Position numbers and translations under genes: made by a program. DNA of 64,000 nucleotides, taken from the IMG/VR virus record IMGVR_UViG_3300030441_000216, one strand, 5' to 3'. Below the pieces are notes generated by a model. The model was not told the origin of the DNA. It searched no databases and saw only the letters and a list, made by a program, of their open reading frames with translations. Position 1 is the stretch's first letter; the number at the start of each line of letters is the position of its first letter. Shown here piece after piece: positions 27,265 through 35,162 of the stretch. This DNA is from a virus.

Positions 27265-27561
27265 ATGAAGACAGAAACTTATGATTACGCAAGTATAGAT
27301 GAAGCAATTGAAAGATTACAAAAGTTAAAAGCTGAAGGTAAAAATCCTAAAAATGTTGTTATATTAACAATGGATTTTGATAATAATACCTCTTCAAAGA
27401 AAATCACAACTCCTGATGATGGATGTTTATTAGTAAGAAAATCAAAAACAATTATTGTGAACGAAGATGCTTATATCCCTCATATGCAGCTATTCAATAC
27501 CGAACAGGATATAGAGAATATTATTAAAAGAGGAATTATGCATGACATTCTGTTAAGATAA
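27265..27561 (+). CDS. hypothetical protein downstream of the mazF-like gene (antitoxin candidate?)
   Basis: SD GAGTGAGGAGAGAACATT-ATG, 18 nt after the mazF stop. Confidence 0.55.
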   Translation: MKTETYDYASIDEAIERLQKLKAEGKNPKNVVILTMDFDNNTSSKKITTPDDGCLLVRKSKTIIVNEDAYIPHMQLFNTEQDIENIIKRGIMHDILLR

Positions 27562-27589
27562 TTTATTCGAATATTTGTTTGGTTTTATA

Positions 27590-27621
27590 TTGACACAAAC
27601 GTATGTTTGGAGTAATATAAT
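27590..27621 (+). promoter_or_regulatory. candidate sigma70 promoter
   Basis: TTGACA-17 nt-TAATAT/TATAAT in the 300-bp intergenic region. Confidence 0.4.
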
Positions 27622-27640
27622 GGAAGAGGAAATAAAAAAT

Positions 27641-27675
27641 GCTTGACTAGAAAGTTGGCAGCTGGCTAGTCAAGC
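27641..27675. repeat. 10-bp perfect inverted repeat GCTTGACTAG-15 nt-CTAGTCAAGC
   Basis: Read directly; the spacer contains CAGCTG. Confidence 0.5.
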
Positions 27676-27865
27676 AACATACAAAGTCTATTTCTTGGGG
27701 AAATAATCAGTATGCATTCAAATTATACATAGTAATAGTTATAAAAGTCAATTGCATATCAGCAAAATTTCCAATTTTTTATCACAATTTAATAGCATTT
27801 TTAATTTTTCTTTGGTATTTCCAAGGCTTATTAAAGTGCGCTAAAAATCAGAGAGGAGTGTTGTT

Positions 27866-28534
27866 TTGTTTATATTAACAGATGGAAAGAATTATGTTAT
27901 GGAAAATCCTATGAAGTCAGGTGAGTATATGATAACGACTTCGAGTTCTATGGCAAAGGAGTTTACTTACAAACAAGCGAGATCGTTAGTGCAAAACAGT
28001 AGAAAGAAATATTCATGGATTAAAAAATATAATCTTATTGATGTGGATACAGGACAGAAATCTGATAAATCTCTTTATTATAGAGGAAATGCAAATGTCT
28101 ATACAGGAGATGAAGGTAATTTCGATTATGCTTTATTAGATAAGATTGAATCAGAAGCCAATTCTATCTTAGGGTTAGCAGGTTGGGACGACAATCAACT
28201 TATTACATATAAAAATTTATTAAATACTGAACTATCAAAGTGCGATAGCGCAGAAAGTGATATTAATCATGCATTAGAGAAGTATAAGAAAGTACATAAT
28301 GGTAAGAAACCACAAGCTCATAAAGTAGCAAAGATAGGATATTTGCTTGATGATATTCGTGATAAACATAAACGAATAAAGCAGTGTATAAGATATGTTC
28401 AGGTTATGCAAGATGCGATAGTCAAAGGATATAACATTGAGAAGATAAAATTAGAACTTAGTAAAGTCACTAGCGATGATTACAAGGGAAGAACGGAATA
28501 TTGGAAAATGGCTAATGATATTTTGGAGGATTAA
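27866..28534 (+). CDS. hypothetical protein (222 aa), first gene of the DUF262 operon
   Basis: TTG 27866 lies 5 nt after AGAGAGGAGTG. Confidence 0.6.
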   Translation: MFILTDGKNYVMENPMKSGEYMITTSSSMAKEFTYKQARSLVQNSRKKYSWIKKYNLIDVDTGQKSDKSLYYRGNANVYTGDEGNFDYALLDKIESEANSILGLAGWDDNQLITYKNLLNTELSKCDSAESDINHALEKYKKVHNGKKPQAHKVAKIGYLLDDIRDKHKRIKQCIRYVQVMQDAIVKGYNIEKIKLELSKVTSDDYKGRTEYWKMANDILED

Positions 28535-28536
28535 TT

Positions 28537-28728
28537 ATGGTGATATGTAGAAACTGTTTAATTCCTATGGTAGAGACTATGAGTTTTCAACAAGGAGAAA
28601 GAAATCGACATGATAGATATTGTAAGTGTCCAAAATGTAAAAGAGAAACTAAACATATTAAAGTTATGAATTCTGAATTGTCTTTCGGGGAATATGTGAA
28701 TAAAGAATTGCGAAAGGCAGGTAGATGA
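28537..28728 (+). CDS. zinc-ribbon small protein (CRNC...CKCPKC)
   Basis: SD TTTGGAGGATTAATT-ATG, 2 nt after the upstream stop. Confidence 0.55.
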   Translation: MVICRNCLIPMVETMSFQQGERNRHDRYCKCPKCKRETKHIKVMNSELSFGEYVNKELRKAGR

Positions 28729-28729
28729 A

Positions 28730-30952
28730 ATGATTAATAAAGAGATGATGAGGATTATTAATAGTAATCCTGAGATGATGAAAATCATTAATGATTATTC
28801 AGATGATGAAAACAAAAAATTAAAAAAATTATGTCACAAGATTTGGCTTGGGAAGATTGATATGTATGAATATGATGATTTATATGATGTCGCTATACAA
28901 TGCTTAATGGAATCTGTGTATAGTTTTAATTCAGAGAAAGCAAATTTTGAAACATATTTAACAGGAAACATTAAAAGAAAATTTGATACATGGATGCGAG
29001 ATAATAGATTTCGACTAAAAAGAAATAATCTTGTCACGGATGAAAAAGGAAAAATAATTTATGACGAAAACGGCACTCCAACGATAATTAAAAATATCTC
29101 ATTAGATGCACATACGGAAGATGATAATAACTTAATAGAGAAATTAGATTCAGGAATAAATATAGAAGATGAATGTAAATTTAATTTTGATTCTGATGAA
29201 AAAGTAGAAAAGTTTCTCAATTCATTATCTAAAATACAAAAAAATATCTTGCTTATGCGGATGGAGGATTTTCCTTCTGAGAAAATCAAAGAAGAATTAG
29301 GTATTTCTAATGGAGAATATAACAGTGCAATGAAAGCAATAAAAATGAACAAAGGGCTTTCGATGTTCTCAATAAATAAAAATGATGGTGGTTATAATAT
29401 GGAGGTAAATATGGAAGATAGAATTATTGAAATTAGCGAATCTGAAAATTACAGAATGGATAAATATAGTATGTACTCGTTGTTACAAGATAAAAAAAAT
29501 GGGGATATGAATTGCAACTATATCTTGCAGCGTGAACCGTTTCAATGGAGTAAGGAAGAAGCAAATAGATATTTCTGTCGTATTCTTAGCAATCTTCCAA
29601 TTCCTGAAATTATACTTTGTGAACAGAAGAAAAAGGGATTAACTATATCACATTTGATTGATGGATTGCAGAGACTTTCATATGCAGAAGCTTTTAAGGA
29701 GAATCGAATTAAGATTGGTTCGGCAGGAGCGGAAAGACACTTAATTCAGTATAGAGATTATGTTTTAGATGATAATGGAAATCGTGTGCCTGATGAAGAA
29801 GGATTTCCTGAGTATGAAATGAAAGTTTTTGATGTTATTGGAAAATATTATAAAGATTTACCAGATGAGTTAAAGAAAAGATTTAATAATTTTAATATTA
29901 ATGTAACAAAGTTTTTTGATTGTACTGACGAGCAGATTGCCGATCATATTCGTGATTACAATAATCATGCAAGTATGAATAAAGAACAGGGTGGATTACT
30001 CAACGTATCAGCCGATATTGCTGGACATATTAAAAAGATTTCTCAAAAAAATTCATTTTTCAAAAACTGCGGTAAGTTTACAAATAATAATTCAATTAAA
30101 GGAAAACTTGAAAGAGTTGTTGTTGAATCAATTATGTTGTTATTCTTTCGTGAATCGTGGAGAGCGAGTTTAGATTCGATTTATAAATTCGTCAATGAAA
30201 ATACAACAGAACAGCAATTTTTAAAATTGAATTCACAGTTTAACAGATTGGAACTAGCATTAGGTGATAATAACAAAGATTTATCAAAGGAATTATTTAC
30301 ACCTACAACAATGCCAATGTGGATTTCAGTGTTTGATAAATTTACTACATATAATATAGAAGATAGTCGTTTCGTAGATTTCTTAAATGCATATAGCATA
30401 GAACTCAAAGACAAAGAAATCAATGGTATATCAATGGCTGACTTTAAGGATCAACAGACCAAGAAAAAGACAACTATTGTAGGTAAGATTGATTTACTTA
30501 TAAGGCTTATGAATGATTTTTTACATATTGATACAACTGAAACAGAGAATAATATAGAGTCTTCTGATAATAAGGTAACAAATGATAATGAATCTGAACA
30601 GAATACGGGTTGTGATGATGAAATATTATCATTTGTTAAAGAAAATGTTGCCGATGATATAGAGGATATTGATATAAAGGAATACCAGGATTTCGTGGAT
30701 GTGTATTTAGATATAAATAATCCATTATATATACAATGCAAGGCAGCATTAATGGCATTAACAGCATATGCTTACAGAACCGAAAAGGATGTTGAATTGG
30801 CGACCTGGTTGGAAAATTATCAGAAGAATGCTACTGATAAGAATTATAGTCCATCACAAGATGTTAATTATAAGTATATTAAGATGGATTTTGATAATTA
30901 CATAAACTTCTTAAATAATGTGAAGAAAGGAGGGATAATTAATGTTAATTAA
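28730..30952 (+). CDS. fusion protein: sigma-70-family region 2 / region 4-like N-terminal domain plus DUF262 (ParB/GmrS-like) domain
   Basis: DLYDVAIQCLMESVYSFNSEKANFETYLTGNIKRKFDTWMR resembles sigma region 2 (DL.QEG..GL..AV.KFD...G..FSTYA.WWIR). LSKIQKNILLMRMEDFPSEKIKEELGISNGEYNSAMKAIK resembles the region 4 HTH. YILQREPFQWSKEEANRYFCRILSNLPIPEIIL...ISHLIDGLQRL matches the DUF262 QR..W / DGQQR motifs. An in-frame internal GGAGGTAAAT-ATG lies at 29411. Confidence 0.8.
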   Translation: MINKEMMRIINSNPEMMKIINDYSDDENKKLKKLCHKIWLGKIDMYEYDDLYDVAIQCLMESVYSFNSEKANFETYLTGNIKRKFDTWMRDNRFRLKRNNLVTDEKGKIIYDENGTPTIIKNISLDAHTEDDNNLIEKLDSGINIEDECKFNFDSDEKVEKFLNSLSKIQKNILLMRMEDFPSEKIKEELGISNGEYNSAMKAIKMNKGLSMFSINKNDGGYNMEVNMEDRIIEISESENYRMDKYSMYSLLQDKKNGDMNCNYILQREPFQWSKEEANRYFCRILSNLPIPEIILCEQKKKGLTISHLIDGLQRLSYAEAFKENRIKIGSAGAERHLIQYRDYVLDDNGNRVPDEEGFPEYEMKVFDVIGKYYKDLPDELKKRFNNFNINVTKFFDCTDEQIADHIRDYNNHASMNKEQGGLLNVSADIAGHIKKISQKNSFFKNCGKFTNNNSIKGKLERVVVESIMLLFFRESWRASLDSIYKFVNENTTEQQFLKLNSQFNRLELALGDNNKDLSKELFTPTTMPMWISVFDKFTTYNIEDSRFVDFLNAYSIELKDKEINGISMADFKDQQTKKKTTIVGKIDLLIRLMNDFLHIDTTETENNIESSDNKVTNDNESEQNTGCDDEILSFVKENVADDIEDIDIKEYQDFVDVYLDINNPLYIQCKAALMALTAYAYRTEKDVELATWLENYQKNATDKNYSPSQDVNYKYIKMDFDNYINFLNNVKKGGIINVN

Positions 30953-31136
30953 AACATTGTTCAAAAGTATCGTATTGAAAAAGAAGATAAAAATCGAAGT
31001 AGTGGAAACCTTATCTGATATTTGTTTATACATACAATTAGACGGATTCAAAAAAGATAATGGGTATGGTCAATTTATGTATGCACATTATAACAATTTA
31101 CAAGATATTCTAAAAGAATATAAGGGAGAAAAATAA
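30942..31136 (+). CDS. hypothetical small protein
   Basis: ORF-track ORF; SD AAGGAGGGATAATTA-ATG overlaps the upstream gene end. Confidence 0.45.
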   Translation: MLIKTLFKSIVLKKKIKIEVVETLSDICLYIQLDGFKKDNGYGQFMYAHYNNLQDILKEYKGEK

Positions 31137-31227
31137 CTACGCAGGATATTACAATGTATTTTAGCAAAAAGTGTAATCCTAGACAGAACATAAATCTACC
31201 ACTGATTAATGAAAGGAGGGAAATTAA

Positions 31228-31422
31228 ATGATTGGATTTATTATGATTATAATTATAGTTTCAATTATATGTAGCTCATTTTTATTCGGATTTTACATGT
31301 CTTGTTGTAAAGAAAATGAAGTTGGAATGTTTAAAAAAACAACTTATGATGAAGAGAGATTAAATGAGTTAGAACAGCGAATTGAAATGTTAGAAAATAG
31401 GAATCTAAGGGAGAATGTATAA
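31228..31422 (+). CDS. small single-TM protein with coiled-coil tail
   Basis: MIGFIMIIIIVSIICSSFLFGFY; SD AAAGGAGGGAAATTAA-ATG. Confidence 0.5.
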   Translation: MIGFIMIIIIVSIICSSFLFGFYMSCCKENEVGMFKKTTYDEERLNELEQRIEMLENRNLRENV

Positions 31423-31584
31423 ATGCCAGTATTTTTTATATTAGTTCTAATAGGATTAATAATTCTATGGTTTCTACTGTCGCCTTTATTTGTAAAAATT
31501 GGTGAGTTTGTTATCAATATTATAAATAAGGTATTTTCGACAGATGAAATAAATAATAACGAAAAAAAGGAGACAAAGAGATGA
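31423..31584 (+). CDS. small TM protein (53 aa, not in ORF track)
   Basis: ATG overlaps the upstream TAA (TAAATG). Hydrophobic ILVLIGLIILWFLLSPLFV. Its stop overlaps the next ATG (ATGA). Confidence 0.4.
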   Translation: MPVFFILVLIGLIILWFLLSPLFVKIGEFVINIINKVFSTDEINNNEKKETKR

Positions 31585-32444
31585 AGAAGAAAGCAATTGG
31601 AGGAGTAGTAACAGTGGTAGTAATTGTTGTGGCAGCAATATTATTACTAATATCGAGTGTTCGTGTACCTGCTGGGTATATTGCCGTACAGTACAGTATG
31701 TCGGGTGGCGTAAAGGGTGATATTCTTACACAAGGATGGCATTTAAAGTCACCAACTGTAAAAACGACACTTTACTCAGTAAGTTTAGAACAGAGCTATC
31801 TTACATCTGGTAAGGACGGAGACTCTAAAAACGATGACAGCTTTTCAGCAAGTTCATCTGAAGGTAAGGCTATGCAGATAGATCTTACATTTACATATCA
31901 GTATAGTCCTGATAAGGTAGCTGATTTATTTACAAGATTCAGAGGTCAGTCTGGTAAGGAAGTAAGAGATAGTTTCATCAAACCAAACATTATTAGCTGG
32001 ACTAAGGAAATTGTTGCAAATTATAAGGTATCAGACATTCTTGGTTCTGAGAGAGCAAACGTTAATACAGCATTAACTGATTATCTTAATAAGAAATTTG
32101 AACCATATGGAATTGCAATTAGCAATGTATCATTAATTAACATTTCTGTGGATGAGAAGACACAAGAAGCTATTAATGCAAAGATTACAGCACAGCAGGC
32201 AGCCGAAACTCAGGAAATTAACAATCAGACAGCTATTAATAAGGCAAAGGCAGATGCAGAAGTAACTAAGGCAGAAGCAAAGGCTAAAGCTGATGCACAG
32301 CTCATAGAAGCTCAGGCACAGGCAGAAGCTAATAGTAAATTAAGTTCTTCAATCACTGATGAACTTATAAGAATGAAGGAAGCAGAAGCAAGAGTTGAAC
32401 ATGGCTGGGTCGAAATTCAGGGTGTCAATACTGTAGTTAAGTAA
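31581..32444 (+). CDS. SPFH/band-7 (prohibitin/HflKC-like) membrane protein
   Basis: N-terminal TM VVTVVVIVVAAILLLI, SPFH core (GYIAVQYSMSGGVKGDILTQGWHLKSPTVKT...) and Ala/Gln-rich coiled coil. Confidence 0.85.
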   Translation: MKKKAIGGVVTVVVIVVAAILLLISSVRVPAGYIAVQYSMSGGVKGDILTQGWHLKSPTVKTTLYSVSLEQSYLTSGKDGDSKNDDSFSASSSEGKAMQIDLTFTYQYSPDKVADLFTRFRGQSGKEVRDSFIKPNIISWTKEIVANYKVSDILGSERANVNTALTDYLNKKFEPYGIAISNVSLINISVDEKTQEAINAKITAQQAAETQEINNQTAINKAKADAEVTKAEAKAKADAQLIEAQAQAEANSKLSSSITDELIRMKEAEARVEHGWVEIQGVNTVVK

Positions 32445-32487
32445 TTATAAAGTAAATAAGGGTGTGGCGAAATTCCGCACCTGACAA

Positions 32488-32560
32488 TGGTCTGTGGTGA
32501 AGTGGTCAACACAACAGATTTTGATTCTGTCATTCGTGGGTTCAAGTCCCACCAGCCTAG
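32488..32560 (+). tRNA. tRNA-Gln(UUG)
   Basis: Hand-folded 73-nt cloverleaf: U8, A14, anticodon loop UUUUGAU (U33, anticodon UUG, A37), T-arm GTGGG-TTCAAGT-CCCAC, U1-A72. One acceptor mismatch (4-69) and one D-stem mismatch. The antisense ORF 32417..32638 shows the typical GWWDLNP artefact. Confidence 0.6.
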
Positions 32561-32675
32561 TCTTGAATCGTTAAATCGGTTGGTAGAGCATTTGATTTTT
32601 AAGATGTTGGAAGACAGAAATGCAAAGAAACTAATCAAGATGAAAGTAACGTAGCATTTCAGGAGGTAGAATTGT

Positions 32676-32840
32676 ATGAAAAAGATAATTAAAAGCTATA
32701 TGGAATACGGAAAACATTGTGGAATTGCGAAACAAGTCGAAGGAAAGGTCGTTGATGCAGAATTAGGAAAAGATAATCTTTGGCATTTTGAATTTGGTGG
32801 ATATAAATGGGTAGCAAGCGACTATGCATTTAAAGAGTAA
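32676..32840 (+). CDS. hypothetical 54-aa protein (not in ORF track)
   Basis: Strong SD CAGGAGGTAGAATTGT-ATG; open frame to TAA at 32838-32840. Confidence 0.5.
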   Translation: MKKIIKSYMEYGKHCGIAKQVEGKVVDAELGKDNLWHFEFGGYKWVASDYAFKE

Positions 32841-32870
32841 AATTCTTTTCTTTGAATTATGAGGTGAAAT

Positions 32871-33146
32871 ATGGAGATACAAGAAATGGAAGTACATCAA
32901 ACAGTAAAAAAATATATCTTAACAGAGGACGAATATCATAGTTTAATAAACCAAAATAGAAAATATGGAAGCAGAAAAATTAAAGAGTATATTATTTTTT
33001 GCATAGAGTATTACAAATTTGAATTAAACGTTCGTGGAATGCAAGAATTAATTCAGGATATTATTAATTTTGTAGAAGGAAACAGAAATGATATTCCGAA
33101 TTTATATGACAAGAATTTTTTTAAATGGTTGGATGAAAATAGGTAA
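32871..33146 (+). CDS. hypothetical protein
   Basis: SD TGAGGTGAAAT-ATG. Confidence 0.55.
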   Translation: MEIQEMEVHQTVKKYILTEDEYHSLINQNRKYGSRKIKEYIIFCIEYYKFELNVRGMQELIQDIINFVEGNRNDIPNLYDKNFFKWLDENR

Positions 33147-33198
33147 ATGATAACAAGAATTAAATGTCCGATTTTTTTTGGAAGAGAGGTAGAAAAAG

Positions 33199-33444
33199 AT
33201 GTTTAGAAGAAAAACAAAACTTGAGAAAATATTAGACAAGAGAATAAATTATGTGACATTTAGAGATTTTTTATCATCGTTATCACATAAGGAATTACAT
33301 ATCTTGGCAGAAGAAATAATCTGGAAAGATTATGATGGATATAATGGTTCATCTTGTTATATGGAACAAAATCATTATGACTTAATGGATAGATGGCAAA
33401 AAGAATTTTATATAGAGGAAAGAGAGTATTTATTGCCATATTAA
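33199..33444 (+). CDS. hypothetical protein
   Basis: SD GAAGAGAGGTAGAAAAAG-ATG. Confidence 0.55.
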   Translation: MFRRKTKLEKILDKRINYVTFRDFLSSLSHKELHILAEEIIWKDYDGYNGSSCYMEQNHYDLMDRWQKEFYIEEREYLLPY

Positions 33445-33475
33445 TGTTAGGTTTCATAGGAAGAAAGGTGAAAAG

Positions 33476-33847
33476 ATGCAAATAAATATTAGTTATACAT
33501 TATATACAGACGGTGATTACAGTTTAAGGAATGCCGAAGATTTTGGCTGTACTAATAGAGACGTAGTAGTTGATGATTCTGAATATTATGATTATGTTGG
33601 TTCTATGGAATTTAAATATGAAGATGAGTGGCATTGTAAAAGCGAAGCAAAAGATTTTCTTTGGAGATTTTTATGTGATGGAATTCATATATCTTATACA
33701 CATCCTTGGTTGCTTAAAGATTTTTATGATATTATGAAATATTTAGAAAATGTTATCAATGAATATCAGAATGGAGTGTTTGTAACAAAAAGGCGCATCA
33801 CGGGTAATTACGAAGGTACTGAAATTGAAGTAAGAATATCAAAGTAA
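33476..33847 (+). CDS. hypothetical protein
   Basis: SD GAAAGGTGAAAAG-ATG. Confidence 0.55.
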   Translation: MQINISYTLYTDGDYSLRNAEDFGCTNRDVVVDDSEYYDYVGSMEFKYEDEWHCKSEAKDFLWRFLCDGIHISYTHPWLLKDFYDIMKYLENVINEYQNGVFVTKRRITGNYEGTEIEVRISK

Positions 33848-33929
33848 AATTCTTTCTTTAAATGGTGAGTTTAAGTTATGGATGAATAATAAAAATATTC
33901 TATTTTTAGAAAATCGAAAGGAGACAATT

Positions 33930-34313
33930 ATGAGTCAGTGGACACATGTAGCGGCAATTTTTAGATTAGATAGCATAGGGGGAATTTCAGACGAAAGTAT
34001 TTATAAAGCTTTTGGTAAGGAAGTAACTTGGAATGATTTATATAACTATGACGAATCAGATGATATAAAGACATTACCTATGGGAAGTGAAGGAACATTA
34101 GAGATGAGTATCTGGCACAATCCAGATAAAGGTTGTATAGCTTCTACAACAGTATCAGTGTTTGGAGATTTAAGAGATTATGGTGGAAGAGATATAGACA
34201 AACTAAAAGAGTGGTTTAATGATTGTTGTAAACAATTTAGGGTTAGACAGGCAGTAATGCATGTAATTGATGAATATGCCGATGAGCCGATAGTTGTACA
34301 GTATGTTGATTAA
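33930..34313 (+). CDS. hypothetical protein
   Basis: ATG 33930 follows CGAAAGGAGACAATT; ORF-track 33882..34313 trimmed. Confidence 0.55.
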   Translation: MSQWTHVAAIFRLDSIGGISDESIYKAFGKEVTWNDLYNYDESDDIKTLPMGSEGTLEMSIWHNPDKGCIASTTVSVFGDLRDYGGRDIDKLKEWFNDCCKQFRVRQAVMHVIDEYADEPIVVQYVD

Positions 34314-34351
34314 GAATGTTCGATTTCTTGGGAAAATGAAAGGAGATTTAT

Positions 34352-34744
34352 ATGGGCGTATCATGTGATGTTTGTAAGTATGGATGTGAACACGATTATG
34401 TGAGAGGTAATTATTATTGTTCAAACAAGAATAGTGGTCATCCAACAGCGGATTCTCCAATTATAAATAATTGTACACATGGAGAAATAGATCAGTGGAA
34501 ATATAATTTTAAATATAAACCAGATAAAAGTGATCGTAATGTATCAAAGAAACTTATGTATGAAGAATTAAAAAAGATTCTTTTTGGGATTAAACTCAAA
34601 GACATTGATACTATTATGACAGAAATTAACGATTTACAAGAAAAGATTACATCGTATAGAGAGCCTTATAAATGCGAAACTTGTGCGGTTAAAGAGTGTG
34701 ATGTATATGCATTAGGTTGTAGAGATTGTAGTGGTTGGAAGTAG
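34352..34744 (+). CDS. Cys-rich hypothetical protein (CDVCKYGCEH...CETCAVKECDVYALGCRDC)
   Basis: SD GAAAGGAGATTTAT-ATG. Confidence 0.55.
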   Translation: MGVSCDVCKYGCEHDYVRGNYYCSNKNSGHPTADSPIINNCTHGEIDQWKYNFKYKPDKSDRNVSKKLMYEELKKILFGIKLKDIDTIMTEINDLQEKITSYREPYKCETCAVKECDVYALGCRDCSGWK

Positions 34745-34786
34745 TAAGAAAACTTCGTTTCATGCGAAATTAAGAAAGGAGACAAT

Positions 34787-35098
34787 ATGTTAAACGTAGG
34801 AGATTATGTAGGACAGATTAACAAAGATTCATCTGGTGTATGGAAGTTATATAAGGATAAGATAAATAAAATCACTACAACAAAGAAATATGATAGAAGA
34901 TATTTTACCAAAACAGTGTTTCGACCATTAGATGCAGATGATGTAAATAACAATACAAAAGATATGGAAGAGTCGATTTGTGAAGGATATATCATCGTAA
35001 GAGAAGTGTTTGGGTTAAATAATAAGACTGAACCTTATGCTGAAAGATGGATAAAATGGGCTAATGAAAATCCAGATAAAGCGACTGGTTTGATATAA
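34787..35098 (+). CDS. hypothetical protein
   Basis: SD AAGAAAGGAGACAAT-ATG. Confidence 0.55.
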   Translation: MLNVGDYVGQINKDSSGVWKLYKDKINKITTTKKYDRRYFTKTVFRPLDADDVNNNTKDMEESICEGYIIVREVFGLNNKTEPYAERWIKWANENPDKATGLI

Positions 35099-35162
35099 AC
35101 GGAGAATATAATAATAGAAGCAATTAACAAAAAATAAATATAAGAAAGAAGAGGTACAAAAC

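Noticed and set aside
28730-29410. Calling the sigma-like N-terminal region a separate sigma-factor gene
   Set aside because: There is no in-frame stop before the DUF262 region, so the reading frame is continuous. Only an internal start for the downstream part is supported.
32575-32600. Possible second tRNA (GGTTGGTAGAGC D-arm-like sequence)
   Set aside because: I could not fold it into an acceptor stem, anticodon arm or T-arm. It is kept only as a possible remnant.
32417-32638. Minus-strand 73-aa ORF
   Set aside because: It is the antisense of the tRNA-Gln gene, and GWWDLNPRMTESKS is the classic translation artefact of a T-arm.
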